Part shown: positions 1 through 12,737 of the stretch, piece after piece
How the letters are laid out: each line of letters begins with the position of its first letter
Position numbering within the stretch: the stretch's first letter is position 1
NCBI GenBank assembly: GCA_050740695.1
Contig: JBOIDR010000006.1
Location: 4,677 to 68,676, forward strand
Origin: Gammaproteobacteria bacterium
GTDB lineage: Bacteria > Pseudomonadota > Gammaproteobacteria > JACCXJ01
Direction of reading: 5' to 3'
DNA length: 64,000 nucleotides
Notes under the pieces: model-generated
Database searches by the model: none
Told to the model about the DNA's origin: nothing
What the model saw: only the letters and a program-made list of their open reading frames with translations
Position numbers and translations under genes: made by a program

Positions 1-44
1 ATCCCAGAACGGGCAGCGGCCGGCATCCAAAGCGTCGAGCATGC

Positions 45-707
45 TCAGATCACGCGGCGCCGGAGCCATGCGCTTGTGTGCTCGACGGCCAGGACCAGGA
101 CGAACAAGGCCAGGATGATGGTTGCAGCTCGCGAGTACTCGAACATGTCCATCGCGACCTTGAGCTCGATGCCAATCCCGCCCGCGCCCACGATCCCGAG
201 GATCACCGATGAGCGTACCGCCTTCTCCAGGCTGAAGAGCGCCGAGTTGATGAAGGACGGCATGGCTGCCGGGACCACCGCGCAGAACACCGCGCTGGCG
301 CGCCCGGCTCCGAGGGCCGCGAGCGCCTCCTGGGGTCCGCGATCGACCTCCTCCATCGCCTCGGCGAAGAACCGGCCACAGAAACCGATGGTGTCGACAA
401 TGATGGTGAGCGTGCCGGCAAACGGGCCAAGGCCCACGGTGGCGACGAAGAATATCGCCCAGACCAGATCGGGTACGGTGCGAAAAAACCAGATGAGGCC
501 GCGCGCCGAGTGATAGCAAACTACGTGGGGCGTGAGCTGGCGCGCGGCCAAGACAGCCAGCGCAAAGGCCCCGGCGATCCCCAGGGCCGCGCCCACCACG
601 GCCATGAGAAAGGTTTCGCCGAGCGCGCGTCCGATGGGCACCAGGCGGGTCGGATCCGGCGGCAGCATCTCGGAGAGAATGTCGTCCGACGTTGGGCAGG
701 CCGGCAA
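45..707 (-). CDS. phnE: Phosphonate ABC transporter permease, PhnE-like
   Basis: The translation has the PhnE/BPD-type permease core (LPPDP..ETFLMAVVGAALG..; EAMEEVDRGPQEALAALGA; ILGIVGAGGIGIELK). The listed start is TTG directly after an in-frame TGA, so the N-terminus is short compared with E. coli PhnE as I recall it. Confidence 0.75.
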   Translation of the reverse strand: MPACPTSDDILSEMLPPDPTRLVPIGRALGETFLMAVVGAALGIAGAFALAVLAARQLTPHVVCYHSARGLIWFFRTVPDLVWAIFFVATVGLGPFAGTLTIIVDTIGFCGRFFAEAMEEVDRGPQEALAALGAGRASAVFCAVVPAAMPSFINSALFSLEKAVRSSVILGIVGAGGIGIELKVAMDMFEYSRAATIILALFVLVLAVEHTSAWLRRRVI

Positions 708-1176
708 TCAGATCGCCAGGCGAAAACCCGATCGAATCCGAGTGCCGACAACAATGCGACGAGACGCCAGGCACCGTCACGGTCTAGCCGAGCGCAGACA
801 GGGCCCCGGCACGTCATGCATCGTAGAGGGCACGTAACTCCGACCTTCCCAGTGCACGGCTCGGTGCATCGAGCCGGATCGCCCCGATTCTCAAGCCGAG
901 CACCCGGTCCGGCCCCGGATATGGTGTCTTTTGAGGGCCGAGACGCAGCCCTCTGTGGGCGCCACGCTCGGTCCTGGATAGGCCCGCCACGAGAAACCGA
1001 GCCAATACCGACATCATTGAGTATGTGTATGGTCGATGACCGGACGATGGCAATCCGATGAACATCGCGTTACCGGCGGCTCTGCATGAGGCGCCGGGCG
1101 GCGTCGGTGCAAAGCACGGGCGCCCGGTGGATGAGCCGTTCGCGATGAGGAGGAGGAGCGCTGGCCCCACACGGTG

Positions 1177-1194
1177 CCGTCACGCCTGAGTCAC
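1177..1194 (+). promoter_or_regulatory. Candidate Pho box (two 7-bp direct repeats with 11-bp periodicity)
   Basis: CCGTCAC-GCCT-GAGTCAC, compared with the E. coli PhoB consensus CTGTCAT-A(A/T)A(A/T)-CTGTCA(C/T). It lies about 135 nt upstream of the phytase-like gene in a phosphorus-related neighbourhood. The match is imperfect. Confidence 0.25.
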
Positions 1195-1329
1195 ATTTCC
1201 TTGGCACACTTCTTCGGAAGGCGCGGTAAGCGCCCTACCTAGCGAGCCATTGGTAGCCTTTTCGCCCCGAGATGAGTCGGCTGTTCGAGGTGGCTTTGAT
1301 AGATACCCAGTGATCGGAGGTAACACCCT

Positions 1330-2913
1330 ATGCGCCGCGTTGGTGAATGGCTGAATCCAACCTTGCCCGGGGCTGCCGGCCCCGGACGAGGAGCGAGATC
1401 GGTGGCCTTTTGTCTCCTCGCGTCATTTGTGGGATCGACAGTCGCCGCGACCCTCACGGCCCGAGCCGTGCTCCCCGCGATGACCTTCTTCGCTCCGGGC
1501 CCGACCTCGGGCAAGCTCATCGGGCCCGGACCGTTCAATGGCATTGTCCCGCCATTCCTGGACAGGCAACCCATACAAGGCTTCTCGGGCGCGCTCGATC
1601 GGGGCGACGGCACATTCGAGGTGATGGCCGATAACGGCTTTGGCGCAAAGGACAACTCTGCGGACTTTCATCTGCGTGTTTACACCGTGCGCCCGAGCTT
1701 CGTGACCGCTAGCGGCGGGAACGCCGACGTGACGGTGGAGCGTTTCATGGAGCTGACCGATCCCAAGCGTCGTTCCGGCTTCCCGATTCAAAACGAGAAC
1801 GTGCTCGGAAGGGTGCTGACCGGTGCCGATTTCGACATCGAATCGATTCAAAGCGGGCGCGACGGTAGCCTTTGGATCGGGGATGAATTCGGGCCGTTCG
1901 TGCTACACGTGGCCGCGTCCGGGGAGCTGCTCGATGCGCCTTTTCCGACACCGGGCGTGCAGAGCGACTCGAACCCCTTCATCCCCGCCGGTAGCGGAAA
2001 CTTGCCGAATAGCCGCGGCTTTGAAGGCATGGCCATTTCGCCCGATGGTCGCTTCTTATACCCGATGCTGGAAGGAGCGCTGAAGACCGATCCGGATCCC
2101 AAGCTCACGCTCCGCATCTTCGAGTTCGACACCGTGGCAAAGGCCTTCACTGGGAGGCTCTGGCGTTACCGCTTGGAGGACCCGGGCAACGCCTTGGGCG
2201 ATCTCCAGGCCATCAACGACCATGAGTTTCTCATCATCGAGCGGGACGGAGCCCAGGGACCTGCCGCGGCGCTCAAGAAGGTCTTCAAGATCGATCTATT
2301 GCAGACCGATTCCGACGGCTTCGTGAGCAAGGTCGAGGTGCTGGACCTCCTCGACATCGCCGATCCAAACGGGATCTCGACCTCCGCCCCCTCACCCCGC
2401 CCCGGAGACTTCGGTCTCGGCGATGGATTCAGGTTTCCCTTCGTCACCATCGAAGACGTGGTGATCCTGTCGCCTTCGGAGCTCCTGGTCATCAACGACA
2501 ACAACTTTCCGTTCTCGGCCGGCCGTAATGTGAGCCTTCCCGATGACAATGAATTCATTCAGGTCCTACTCGACGACGCGCTCGGCGTGGACCCGGAAGT
2601 GCTCGTTCGGCCAACGCTTTCGACGGCGCGCGAGGAGCTTTTGGCCGCAGCGCATGCGGCACTCACGGGCGCGTTCGACGACGCCGGTGGATCGGGGGCG
2701 CTCGCCCTTGCGGCAATAACACGCGCCCGGGACCTGTTCCGCTTACACGAGCCGAAGAGGCTCGAAAAGCGGCTCCACCGTTTGCTCGAAGCGAAAAAGC
2801 TTACCGGAGCCGCGCTCGACAAGGCGGAACTCGGCCGATCGGAGCAGGCCGCTGCCGGCTTCATCGCAGCCCGGCGCTTGATCGGTGAGGCCCTGGCGGG
2901 AGTGAAGAATTAG
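1330..2913 (+). CDS. Secreted phytase-like protein (esterase-like activity of phytase family)
   Basis: GGAGG sits 8 nt upstream of the ATG and the N-terminus is hydrophobic. Motifs typical of the phytase-like beta-propeller family are present (DNGFGAKDNS, GFEGMAISPDGRFLYPMLEGAL, NDNNFPFS). The Ala-rich helical C-terminal tail is unassigned. Confidence 0.7.
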   Translation: MRRVGEWLNPTLPGAAGPGRGARSVAFCLLASFVGSTVAATLTARAVLPAMTFFAPGPTSGKLIGPGPFNGIVPPFLDRQPIQGFSGALDRGDGTFEVMADNGFGAKDNSADFHLRVYTVRPSFVTASGGNADVTVERFMELTDPKRRSGFPIQNENVLGRVLTGADFDIESIQSGRDGSLWIGDEFGPFVLHVAASGELLDAPFPTPGVQSDSNPFIPAGSGNLPNSRGFEGMAISPDGRFLYPMLEGALKTDPDPKLTLRIFEFDTVAKAFTGRLWRYRLEDPGNALGDLQAINDHEFLIIERDGAQGPAAALKKVFKIDLLQTDSDGFVSKVEVLDLLDIADPNGISTSAPSPRPGDFGLGDGFRFPFVTIEDVVILSPSELLVINDNNFPFSAGRNVSLPDDNEFIQVLLDDALGVDPEVLVRPTLSTAREELLAAAHAALTGAFDDAGGSGALALAAITRARDLFRLHEPKRLEKRLHRLLEAKKLTGAALDKAELGRSEQAAAGFIAARRLIGEALAGVKN

Positions 2914-2944
2914 CGTGCCAACTCTACCGCGGGTGTTTGCGCAG

Positions 2945-3094
2945 AAATGTAGGGTGGGTTCGGCATGCCCTTTATGCCGCAACCCACCGACTTGGCCGCG
3001 CAGCGGGCCTCCTTCCCAAGCCGTACTCCAAAGTGTCGGCCGACGGGTTGGTGGGTTACGCCGCAAACAGCCCGGCTAACCCACCCTACATTTT
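2945..3094. repeat. Inverted pair of ~47-bp REP-like palindromic units
   Basis: Unit 1 (2945-2991) is AAATGTAGGGTGGGTT..loop..CAACCCACCGAC. Unit 2 (3047-3094) is its reverse-complement counterpart, GTTGGTGGGTTA..loop..CTAACCCACCCTACATTTT. Each unit is itself a hairpin (GGTGGGTT/AACCCACC). The units are 55 bp apart. Confidence 0.6.
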
Positions 3095-3153
3095 ATCCGA
3101 AGCGCGAGAGGACCCCCGATGCCAACCGATCCTGCGAGCACGAGGGCCGCGTG

Positions 3154-4803
3154 ATGTCCTCTGAACGGCACGAGCGTTCTGCCCCTATATCCCTACAACG
3201 TATGCGCGCCGTCCGATACTGGACGCGGTGTCTCCTGTGCGCAGTACTGGCCTCCGGCTGGGTGCTCGGCACGCCCGCGATTGCCGCACCCAAGGTCGTG
3301 GTGATCTCTCTGGACGGTGCCACGCCCCGCAACATCGAAAGGTTTCTGAACGATGGCACCCTGAGCGAACGACGCGGCCTTGGGCTCCTCATCAAACGCG
3401 GGGTGACGGCGGAGCGGAATGTCACCGTTACACCGTCGCTCACAGCCCCCGGGCATATCGCGATCGCGACCGGCTCGGCGGCGGCAAAGAACGACGTCCT
3501 TGCCAATAGCTTTCATCTCCTCGCGAGCCCCTTCGCAAGGAACATCAGCGGCTTTTCCGCCCCCATCGGCGGCTATCGGTCCAGTCCCCACGGGTCCGAG
3601 GAGAGCCCCGACCCGAGCGCCGAGCCCCTGTGGGTGGCATTGCGAGCTGCTGGAAAAAAGGTCGTGACCGCGACCTTTCCGGGTGGGGACGGGCTTGATA
3701 TCCGCGTACCCGGCCTGATCGATAGCCCCGTCATCCAGCCGGCAAGCCTGCGCACGGTAGACTATACGGTGCCCTTCGGGGCCTTTGCCGGCCTGGGTGC
3801 CCGGGGCTTCGAGCTGTCCGGATTGGATTTGGACCTCGCTCCGCAAACGACGCTCGACCAACTTCAGGCCGTCGGTCGGCTGAGCTTCGGCCCGGTTCGA
3901 CAGAAGACGACCACGCTCGAGACCTTCACGGTGGGTGGTGTGAATTACGAGATTCGTGTCGCGGCCCTCGATACGTCCAATGATAACGGGGTGAACTACG
4001 ATACCTTGGTCTTCTTCGATCAAACCCAGGGGATCTTGCCTGGGCCCTACTTGCTGCCTTCGACCGGAGCGGCGTTCGTGCGGGCCGGTGAACGGCGCTC
4101 CGGTCTCTTTTACCTCGAAGGGAGCAGCAACAAGGCGGGCACCGCGTTCTATGTCGCGCATCTGGCGCCGGACCTATCGAGCGTGCGCATCGCCCGCTAC
4201 GCGGCGAATTTCATACCGCGAAACGCACCGGTGATCCCGGACGTGGACGATATCAATAGCCATGTGGGTTTCTGGGCTCCACAACCGGATTTTCGCATTC
4301 CCGAGCGCCTGAGCCCCGGTTTCGCCGGCTTCGCGGACCTCGAGCTCGAGGCGATCTACCAGGATCAGGTTCGCTCCTTCGTCGATTACCAGACGCGCCT
4401 GGCCCTGCGGTCCATCGCGCAGAACCGGGACGCCGATCTCGTCATGATCTACATCGAGCAGCCCGATGGCTCGGGCCACCAGTTCTTGATGACGGATCCG
4501 CGGCAGGCGACGAACCCGCTGGATGCGGGCTCCATCGGTCCGAACCAGGATCGAGCCAAGATCCGCCGTTATCGTGATTACCTTCGCCGGGCTTACCAGG
4601 CCGCGGATGACGCGGTACAGCGCATCATCGAGGCCGTGGGTCAGGAACCCGATGGTCGGCCTCGGAGCAACATCATCGTGGTTTCCGATCACGGCTTCGC
4701 GCCCTTCCATACGGCCGTCAGTATCAACAACCTGCTCGCCGGACATGGGCTCGATCCCGCCAAGGTCCGCGCCGTCACTTCGGGGCCGGCAGTGAACGTG
4801 TAG
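3154..4803 (+). CDS. Alkaline phosphatase / nucleotide pyrophosphatase-phosphodiesterase (NPP) family protein, probably 3'-truncated
   Basis: ATG at 3154 gives a signal-peptide-like N-terminus (..LLCAVLASGWVLGTPAIAAPKVVVISLDG). The metal-site motifs ISLDGATP, TPSLTAPGHIAIATG and VVSDHGF are present. The track start at 2965 reads through the REP pair and was rejected. The ORF stops soon after DHGF, before the expected distal G-x-HG motif. Confidence 0.75.
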   Translation: MSSERHERSAPISLQRMRAVRYWTRCLLCAVLASGWVLGTPAIAAPKVVVISLDGATPRNIERFLNDGTLSERRGLGLLIKRGVTAERNVTVTPSLTAPGHIAIATGSAAAKNDVLANSFHLLASPFARNISGFSAPIGGYRSSPHGSEESPDPSAEPLWVALRAAGKKVVTATFPGGDGLDIRVPGLIDSPVIQPASLRTVDYTVPFGAFAGLGARGFELSGLDLDLAPQTTLDQLQAVGRLSFGPVRQKTTTLETFTVGGVNYEIRVAALDTSNDNGVNYDTLVFFDQTQGILPGPYLLPSTGAAFVRAGERRSGLFYLEGSSNKAGTAFYVAHLAPDLSSVRIARYAANFIPRNAPVIPDVDDINSHVGFWAPQPDFRIPERLSPGFAGFADLELEAIYQDQVRSFVDYQTRLALRSIAQNRDADLVMIYIEQPDGSGHQFLMTDPRQATNPLDAGSIGPNQDRAKIRRYRDYLRRAYQAADDAVQRIIEAVGQEPDGRPRSNIIVVSDHGFAPFHTAVSINNLLAGHGLDPAKVRAVTSGPAVNV

Positions 4804-4927
4804 CGCCCGAGCATGAGTGCGATCTTTATCGCCTCCGGGCCGAGGTCACTGCCGATGGCAGGCTCATAGTGCGGATCCACGACGTGAGCGGCGCCGTGTT
4901 GTTCGAGAGGACGCTAGTGCCTGAATG
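4804..4927 (+). pseudogene. Out-of-frame remnant of the NPP C-terminus
   Basis: Directly after the TAG, the same frame reads RPSMSAIFIASGP. This resembles the conserved M-x-A-x-F-x-A-x-GP block that follows the second His ligand in NPPs. A frame shifted by 2 nt then continues AEVTADGRLIVRIHDVSGAVLFERTLVPE-stop. Confidence 0.4.
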
Positions 4928-4944
4928 ACGCTAGTGCCTGAATA
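4911..4944. repeat. 17-bp tandem duplication
   Basis: ACGCTAGTGCCTGAATG followed by ACGCTAGTGCCTGAATA, read directly from the sequence. It covers the stop codon of the remnant NPP frame. Confidence 0.9.
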
Positions 4945-4966
4945 GGGTCCCGACTGGTTCCGACGC

Positions 4967-5323
4967 TTAGCAGGCTGCCAAAAACCGAAGTTGCTCGTCA
5001 AGCAATTCCGGGATGGCGTTAGTGCTAGTGTAGGTGTTGCTGGTCCGCGACCCGGCCGAGCTTATGAACCAGCGGATCCTTCTCCTTGTCGCCGAAATCG
5101 GCGAAGTCAAGCCGGCGATACCCCAGACCGTTTCTGCTTGAGTACGAGCTATGGGCCCGGCGTCGACTGCCCAGCTCTCGATCAAGCGCGTTACGATCCG
5201 GTGGCTCTGATCACGGCGTTCGATTAATAACGGAAGCGAGATCGAAACTAACCAGTGCACTTCCGTCGAGACGCCGTCGAGCGTGCCACGAAAGACCTTG
5301 ACCAAACCAGGCCAGGCATGCAT
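4967..5323 (-). CDS. Hypothetical protein (possibly a gene remnant)
   Basis: This is the only sizeable ORF in a visibly lower-GC spacer. I recognise no family and see no clear ribosome-binding site. Confidence 0.2.
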   Translation of the reverse strand: MHAWPGLVKVFRGTLDGVSTEVHWLVSISLPLLIERRDQSHRIVTRLIESWAVDAGPIARTQAETVWGIAGLTSPISATRRRIRWFISSAGSRTSNTYTSTNAIPELLDEQLRFLAAC

Positions 5324-5353
5324 GGTCTAGGGCCTCGCCGCTCGTCGGCTCGC

Positions 5354-7198
5354 TCATCCTTCCGATCCGGCCTCTTCGTAAAACCAGGCCCCCGACCAGG
5401 GGGGCACGGCTTTTTGCGACAGGGCGGCACTCATCGTATTATCAGTTGCATAGAATAGCTCGCCGGCAGGGACTTCCAGGAGGGGAGCTGCCTCATCCCC
5501 GAGGTCTGCGATGAGCGTCAGCCGGCCCCCATCGCCCAGGGTCCAGTTGACCAAGAGACCGTTCGTATCGAGCAGCGCGAAGTGAGCCTCTCGATCGGGC
5601 ATGCCGCATAGCCGCGGTGTGATCTCTCGGGCACGCACCGCGAGCAGATCCCGATAGAGCCTCAGCCACTCGGCGTGGGGAGCGCGCATCAGGCAATCCC
5701 AGTCGAGCTTGGCGCTCCGCTGGGTCCCGAGCGCGTTGGGGTCCGGGATCCACTCCACCGAGGCGGTAAAGTTGTGGGACCCGGAGAACTCCCTGCGCCG
5801 CCCTTCGCTCACGGCGCTCGCGAGCTCCGTTCCGAAATCGCAGAAGAAGGGAAAGGGCTGGCCGGCGCGAAATTCTTCCCCCATGAAGAGCAGCGGGGGC
5901 AAGGGCGCGAGCAGCACGATAGAGAGCGCGACCCGGAGCTTATGCGGCTCGGTCAGCATCGAAAGCCGATCCCCGAGCGGGCGATTGCCGATCTGGTCGT
6001 GGTTCTGCAGGAACGAGACGAAAGCCGCAAGCGGTAGGCCTTGGCTCGGTTCCCCGCGCGGCCGGTTGTGGCGGTGGGCCGAGCGCTCACCCTGGTAGGC
6101 GAAGCCTCCGCTCAGGCAACGCCCCAGGTAGGCGGCGGGCCGTGCGGCATAGTCGGCGTAATAGCCCCCGGTCTCGCCGGTGAGGAGCACATGCAGGCTG
6201 TGGTGGAGGTCGTCGTTCCACTGCGCCGTGTACGCGATCGGGGTCCCATCCTCACGGCGCCGGAGATAATGCGCCTCGTTATTATCGTTCTCGAGCACGA
6301 GATGGATGTTACGTTGTCGCCCCGGTCCGGCGCGCACGGCCTCGGAAAGCTCGATGAGGATATGCGGGTCGGAATCGTCGAAGATGGCATGAACGGCGTC
6401 GAGGCGCAGGCCGTCGAGATGAAACTCGTTGAGCCAGTAGAGGGCGTTATGGATAAAAAAGTCGCGCACCATGCGGCTCTGTGCCCCGTCAAAATCTATC
6501 GCCGGCCCCCACGGTGTCTTGTGTCGATCGGTGAAGAACTGCGGCGCATAGGCGTCCAGATAATTGCCCTCCGGGCCGAAGTGGTTGTAGACGACATCCA
6601 GCAGCACCATGAGCCCCTTGGCATGGGCGGACTGGATCAGATCCTTGAATTGGTCCGGCGACCCGTACGCGCTATCGGGGGCGAAAGGCAGCACGCCGTC
6701 GTAACCCCAGTTGCGGCGCCCGGGGAAATCCGCGACCGGCATGATCTCGAGGGCGGTGACCCCGAGCTCGACCAGGTAATCGAGCCGCTCCTTGACCCCG
6801 GCAAAGGTACCCTGCGGAGAGAAACACCCGACATGGAGCTCGTAGAGGACGGCCTCGTCCCAGTCCCGCCCCTTCCAGCCTTCATCCTGCCAGCACCAGG
6901 TCTCGGGGTCGATGATCTGACTCGGGCCATGCACGTCGTCGGGATTGAAGCGGGAGGCCGGATCGGGGACACACCGCTGCCCGTCGATCCGGTAGCGATA
7001 GCGGTTTCCGGGCGCGGCCTGTGGGGTTACGATCTCGAACCACCCTGAGCCCATAGGCCGCATCGTCAAGAATGTCCGTGGATGTGTATCTTCCAGGCAC
7101 AGCGCCACCTCGTGCGCGGCCGGCGCCCATAGGCGGAAGCGCACGCTCGCATCGTCCAGCGGCTCGGCCCCAAAGGGCATGCGATGGCGGCGTTTCAC
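5354..7198 (-). CDS. treZ: Malto-oligosyltrehalose trehalohydrolase (GH13)
   Basis: TreZ-type N-terminus (FGAEPLDDASVRFRLWAPAAHEVAL) and GH13 catalytic regions (GVTALEIMPV, VLLDVVYNHFGPEGNY, GLRLDAVHAI). Confidence 0.85.
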   Translation of the reverse strand: MKRRHRMPFGAEPLDDASVRFRLWAPAAHEVALCLEDTHPRTFLTMRPMGSGWFEIVTPQAAPGNRYRYRIDGQRCVPDPASRFNPDDVHGPSQIIDPETWCWQDEGWKGRDWDEAVLYELHVGCFSPQGTFAGVKERLDYLVELGVTALEIMPVADFPGRRNWGYDGVLPFAPDSAYGSPDQFKDLIQSAHAKGLMVLLDVVYNHFGPEGNYLDAYAPQFFTDRHKTPWGPAIDFDGAQSRMVRDFFIHNALYWLNEFHLDGLRLDAVHAIFDDSDPHILIELSEAVRAGPGRQRNIHLVLENDNNEAHYLRRREDGTPIAYTAQWNDDLHHSLHVLLTGETGGYYADYAARPAAYLGRCLSGGFAYQGERSAHRHNRPRGEPSQGLPLAAFVSFLQNHDQIGNRPLGDRLSMLTEPHKLRVALSIVLLAPLPPLLFMGEEFRAGQPFPFFCDFGTELASAVSEGRRREFSGSHNFTASVEWIPDPNALGTQRSAKLDWDCLMRAPHAEWLRLYRDLLAVRAREITPRLCGMPDREAHFALLDTNGLLVNWTLGDGGRLTLIADLGDEAAPLLEVPAGELFYATDNTMSAALSQKAVPPWSGAWFYEEAGSEG

Positions 7199-7219
7199 GG
7201 CCGGTATCCCGTCCCGGGC

Positions 7220-10615
<3,396 letters not shown>

Positions 10616-10724
10616 CTCGCGTTCCGGCGGTGCTCGGAATCCTCATGTATTTCAAACATACTGCGGTTCCTGCGCTCCGGCGGAACGCGACCTTCCTTCG
10701 CTCGCGACGGTTTTTCACAACCTC

Positions 10725-12713
10725 TCACACGAAGTAATCGAAATCCCGTTCGCTGCGAAGCCGGCGCCGTAACCGTAAGACATGCGCCGGCATGATTTCC
10801 GGATCGATCTCTACGTAGTTGCGCGCTCCGTGCCAGAGATAACGGGCGTCGCTCACAAGCTCATGCGCCTGATGGGGGTGGCGCGGGTCGATCGCGAGGT
10901 CGGCGAGGGGAAGCTCCACCCAGCCCGAACGCGTATGGTGCGGATCGAGATTGACCACGATGACTAGGACGTTACTGAGGTCATCGGTCCATCGGCCGTA
11001 GCAGATCAACTCGTCGTTATCGAGCGGATAGAAGCACAGATTACGGCCGCGCTGTAAGGCCGGGTTGTCCTGTCGGATCCGATTGACCCTGGCGATAAGA
11101 TCACGCAGGCTGTCCGGACGATCGATCTCCCAGTGCCGGACCTCGTACTTCTCCGAATCCAGGTACTCCTCGCTGCCCGCCTCGCGCGCGCGGTTCTCGT
11201 ACAGCTCGAAAGCGGGGCCGTAGATCCCGTAGTTGGGTGATAGGGTAGCGGCCAGGATCAGCCGCGCGATGAAGGCGGGACGGCCACCGAATTGCAGATA
11301 TTCGCTCAGGATATCCGGCGTATTCGGCCACAGGCTGGGCCGGAAATATTGCTGCGAGTCCGCCTTTGTGAGTTCGGTAAAATAGCTGCTCAGCTCGGCC
11401 TTCGTATTGCGCCACGTAAAATAGGTATAGGACTGCGTGAAGCCGAGCTTGGCTAGCCGATGCATGACCTTGGGACGGGTAAAGGCCTCGGACAAGAGGA
11501 TCACGTCTGGGTGCGCCTTCTTGATGTCGTCGATCAGCCATTCCCAGAAGGCAAAGGGCTTGGTATGGGGGTTGTCGACACGGAAAATGCGAATACCCTG
11601 TCCGATCCAAAACAGAAACACGTCCCTCAGCTCTTCCCAGAGAGGCTCCCAGCACTCGGTCTCGAAGTACAGGGGATAGATGTCCTGGTATTTCTTCGGC
11701 GGGTTTTCGGCGTATTGCACGGTGCCATCGGGACGCCGGCGGAACCATTCCGGATGCTCCCGCACATAGGGGTGATCGGGAGAGCACTGCAGGGCGATGT
11801 CGAGGGCCAGATCGATGCCGATCTCGCTCGCCTTCTTGCTGAGCCGCCCCAGCTCATCCAGGGTCCCGAGCGCCGGATGCACGGCCATGTGGCCACCCGC
11901 CTCCGCACCGATCGCCCAGGGGCTACCCGGGTCCTGGGGACCGGCCCGCAGGGTATTGTTCCTGCCCTTGCGGTGGGTATGGCCGATGGGATGGATGGGC
12001 GGCAGATACAGGATGTCGAAACCCATGGCCGCGATATACGTAAGGCGAGCCTCGCAGTCCTTGAAGGTCCCTTGCTGCCCCGGTGACGCGGCGCAGGAGC
12101 GGGGAAACATTTCGTACCAAGTGCTGAAACACGCGTGCTCAGGGTCGACGATGACCACAAGATCCTTGTCGTAGGAGGTGCTCAAGTGCCGGTCTGGATA
12201 GCGGGTCATGAGCGCCGCGAGGTCGTCATCCATGGCGACCCGCTGCCCGCATGCCGGGTTCCTCGCGCTTCGCAATGCCTCTGCGAAGGCGCGCAGGCGC
12301 GCTGCGTCCTCACCGGTGGCGCGCTCTGCCGCTTCCTCGTTTAGTGCGGCGCCGACGAGGAGCGCGATCGCGATGTCCTGCGGCTCGCTACGCTTGGCCA
12401 GGTCCTGACGCCAGGACTGGAACGGGTCGATCCACGCACTGATCCCATAGCGATAACGCCCGAGCTCGCTCACGTGGAACGCACCGCGCCAGCGGTCATT
12501 CCCGGTGGGAGCCATCGGGACCTCGGTCCAGGTGTCTTCTTCTTCGCGGCGGTATCGCAAGATGCCGGCAATGGCTTCGTGACCATCGGCAAAGATATCC
12601 GCCTCCACCACGATGCCCTCGCCGAGGGCGCGTTTGATCGGGAAGCGGCCGCCATCGATCTCCGGCTCGACCGCCGTGATCACCACGCGCCTTCTCCCCT
12701 CCTCGGGCTGCAC
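10725..12713 (-). CDS. glgE: Alpha-1,4-glucan:maltose-1-phosphate maltosyltransferase
   Basis: GTG start preceded by GGAGGAACCAA. GlgE-type N-terminus (VVITAVEPEIDGGRFPIKR) and GH13_3 core (FRVDNPHTKPF, GFDILYLPPIHPIG). Confidence 0.9.
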   Translation of the reverse strand: MQPEEGRRRVVITAVEPEIDGGRFPIKRALGEGIVVEADIFADGHEAIAGILRYRREEEDTWTEVPMAPTGNDRWRGAFHVSELGRYRYGISAWIDPFQSWRQDLAKRSEPQDIAIALLVGAALNEEAAERATGEDAARLRAFAEALRSARNPACGQRVAMDDDLAALMTRYPDRHLSTSYDKDLVVIVDPEHACFSTWYEMFPRSCAASPGQQGTFKDCEARLTYIAAMGFDILYLPPIHPIGHTHRKGRNNTLRAGPQDPGSPWAIGAEAGGHMAVHPALGTLDELGRLSKKASEIGIDLALDIALQCSPDHPYVREHPEWFRRRPDGTVQYAENPPKKYQDIYPLYFETECWEPLWEELRDVFLFWIGQGIRIFRVDNPHTKPFAFWEWLIDDIKKAHPDVILLSEAFTRPKVMHRLAKLGFTQSYTYFTWRNTKAELSSYFTELTKADSQQYFRPSLWPNTPDILSEYLQFGGRPAFIARLILAATLSPNYGIYGPAFELYENRAREAGSEEYLDSEKYEVRHWEIDRPDSLRDLIARVNRIRQDNPALQRGRNLCFYPLDNDELICYGRWTDDLSNVLVIVVNLDPHHTRSGWVELPLADLAIDPRHPHQAHELVSDARYLWHGARNYVEIDPEIMPAHVLRLRRRLRSERDFDYFV

Positions 12714-12737
12714 TTGGTTCCTCCGTGACCTAGACGC

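Noticed and set aside
1202-1216. TGGCAC-N5-TTCG upstream of the phytase-like gene as a sigma-54 promoter
   Set aside because: The invariant GC of the -12 element is not at the required position, and no activator or other supporting context is nearby.
2965-3153. N-terminal 63 codons of the longest NPP ORF
   Set aside because: This part reads through both REP-like palindromic units. The ATG at 3154 yields a proper signal peptide directly before the conserved ISLDG motif.
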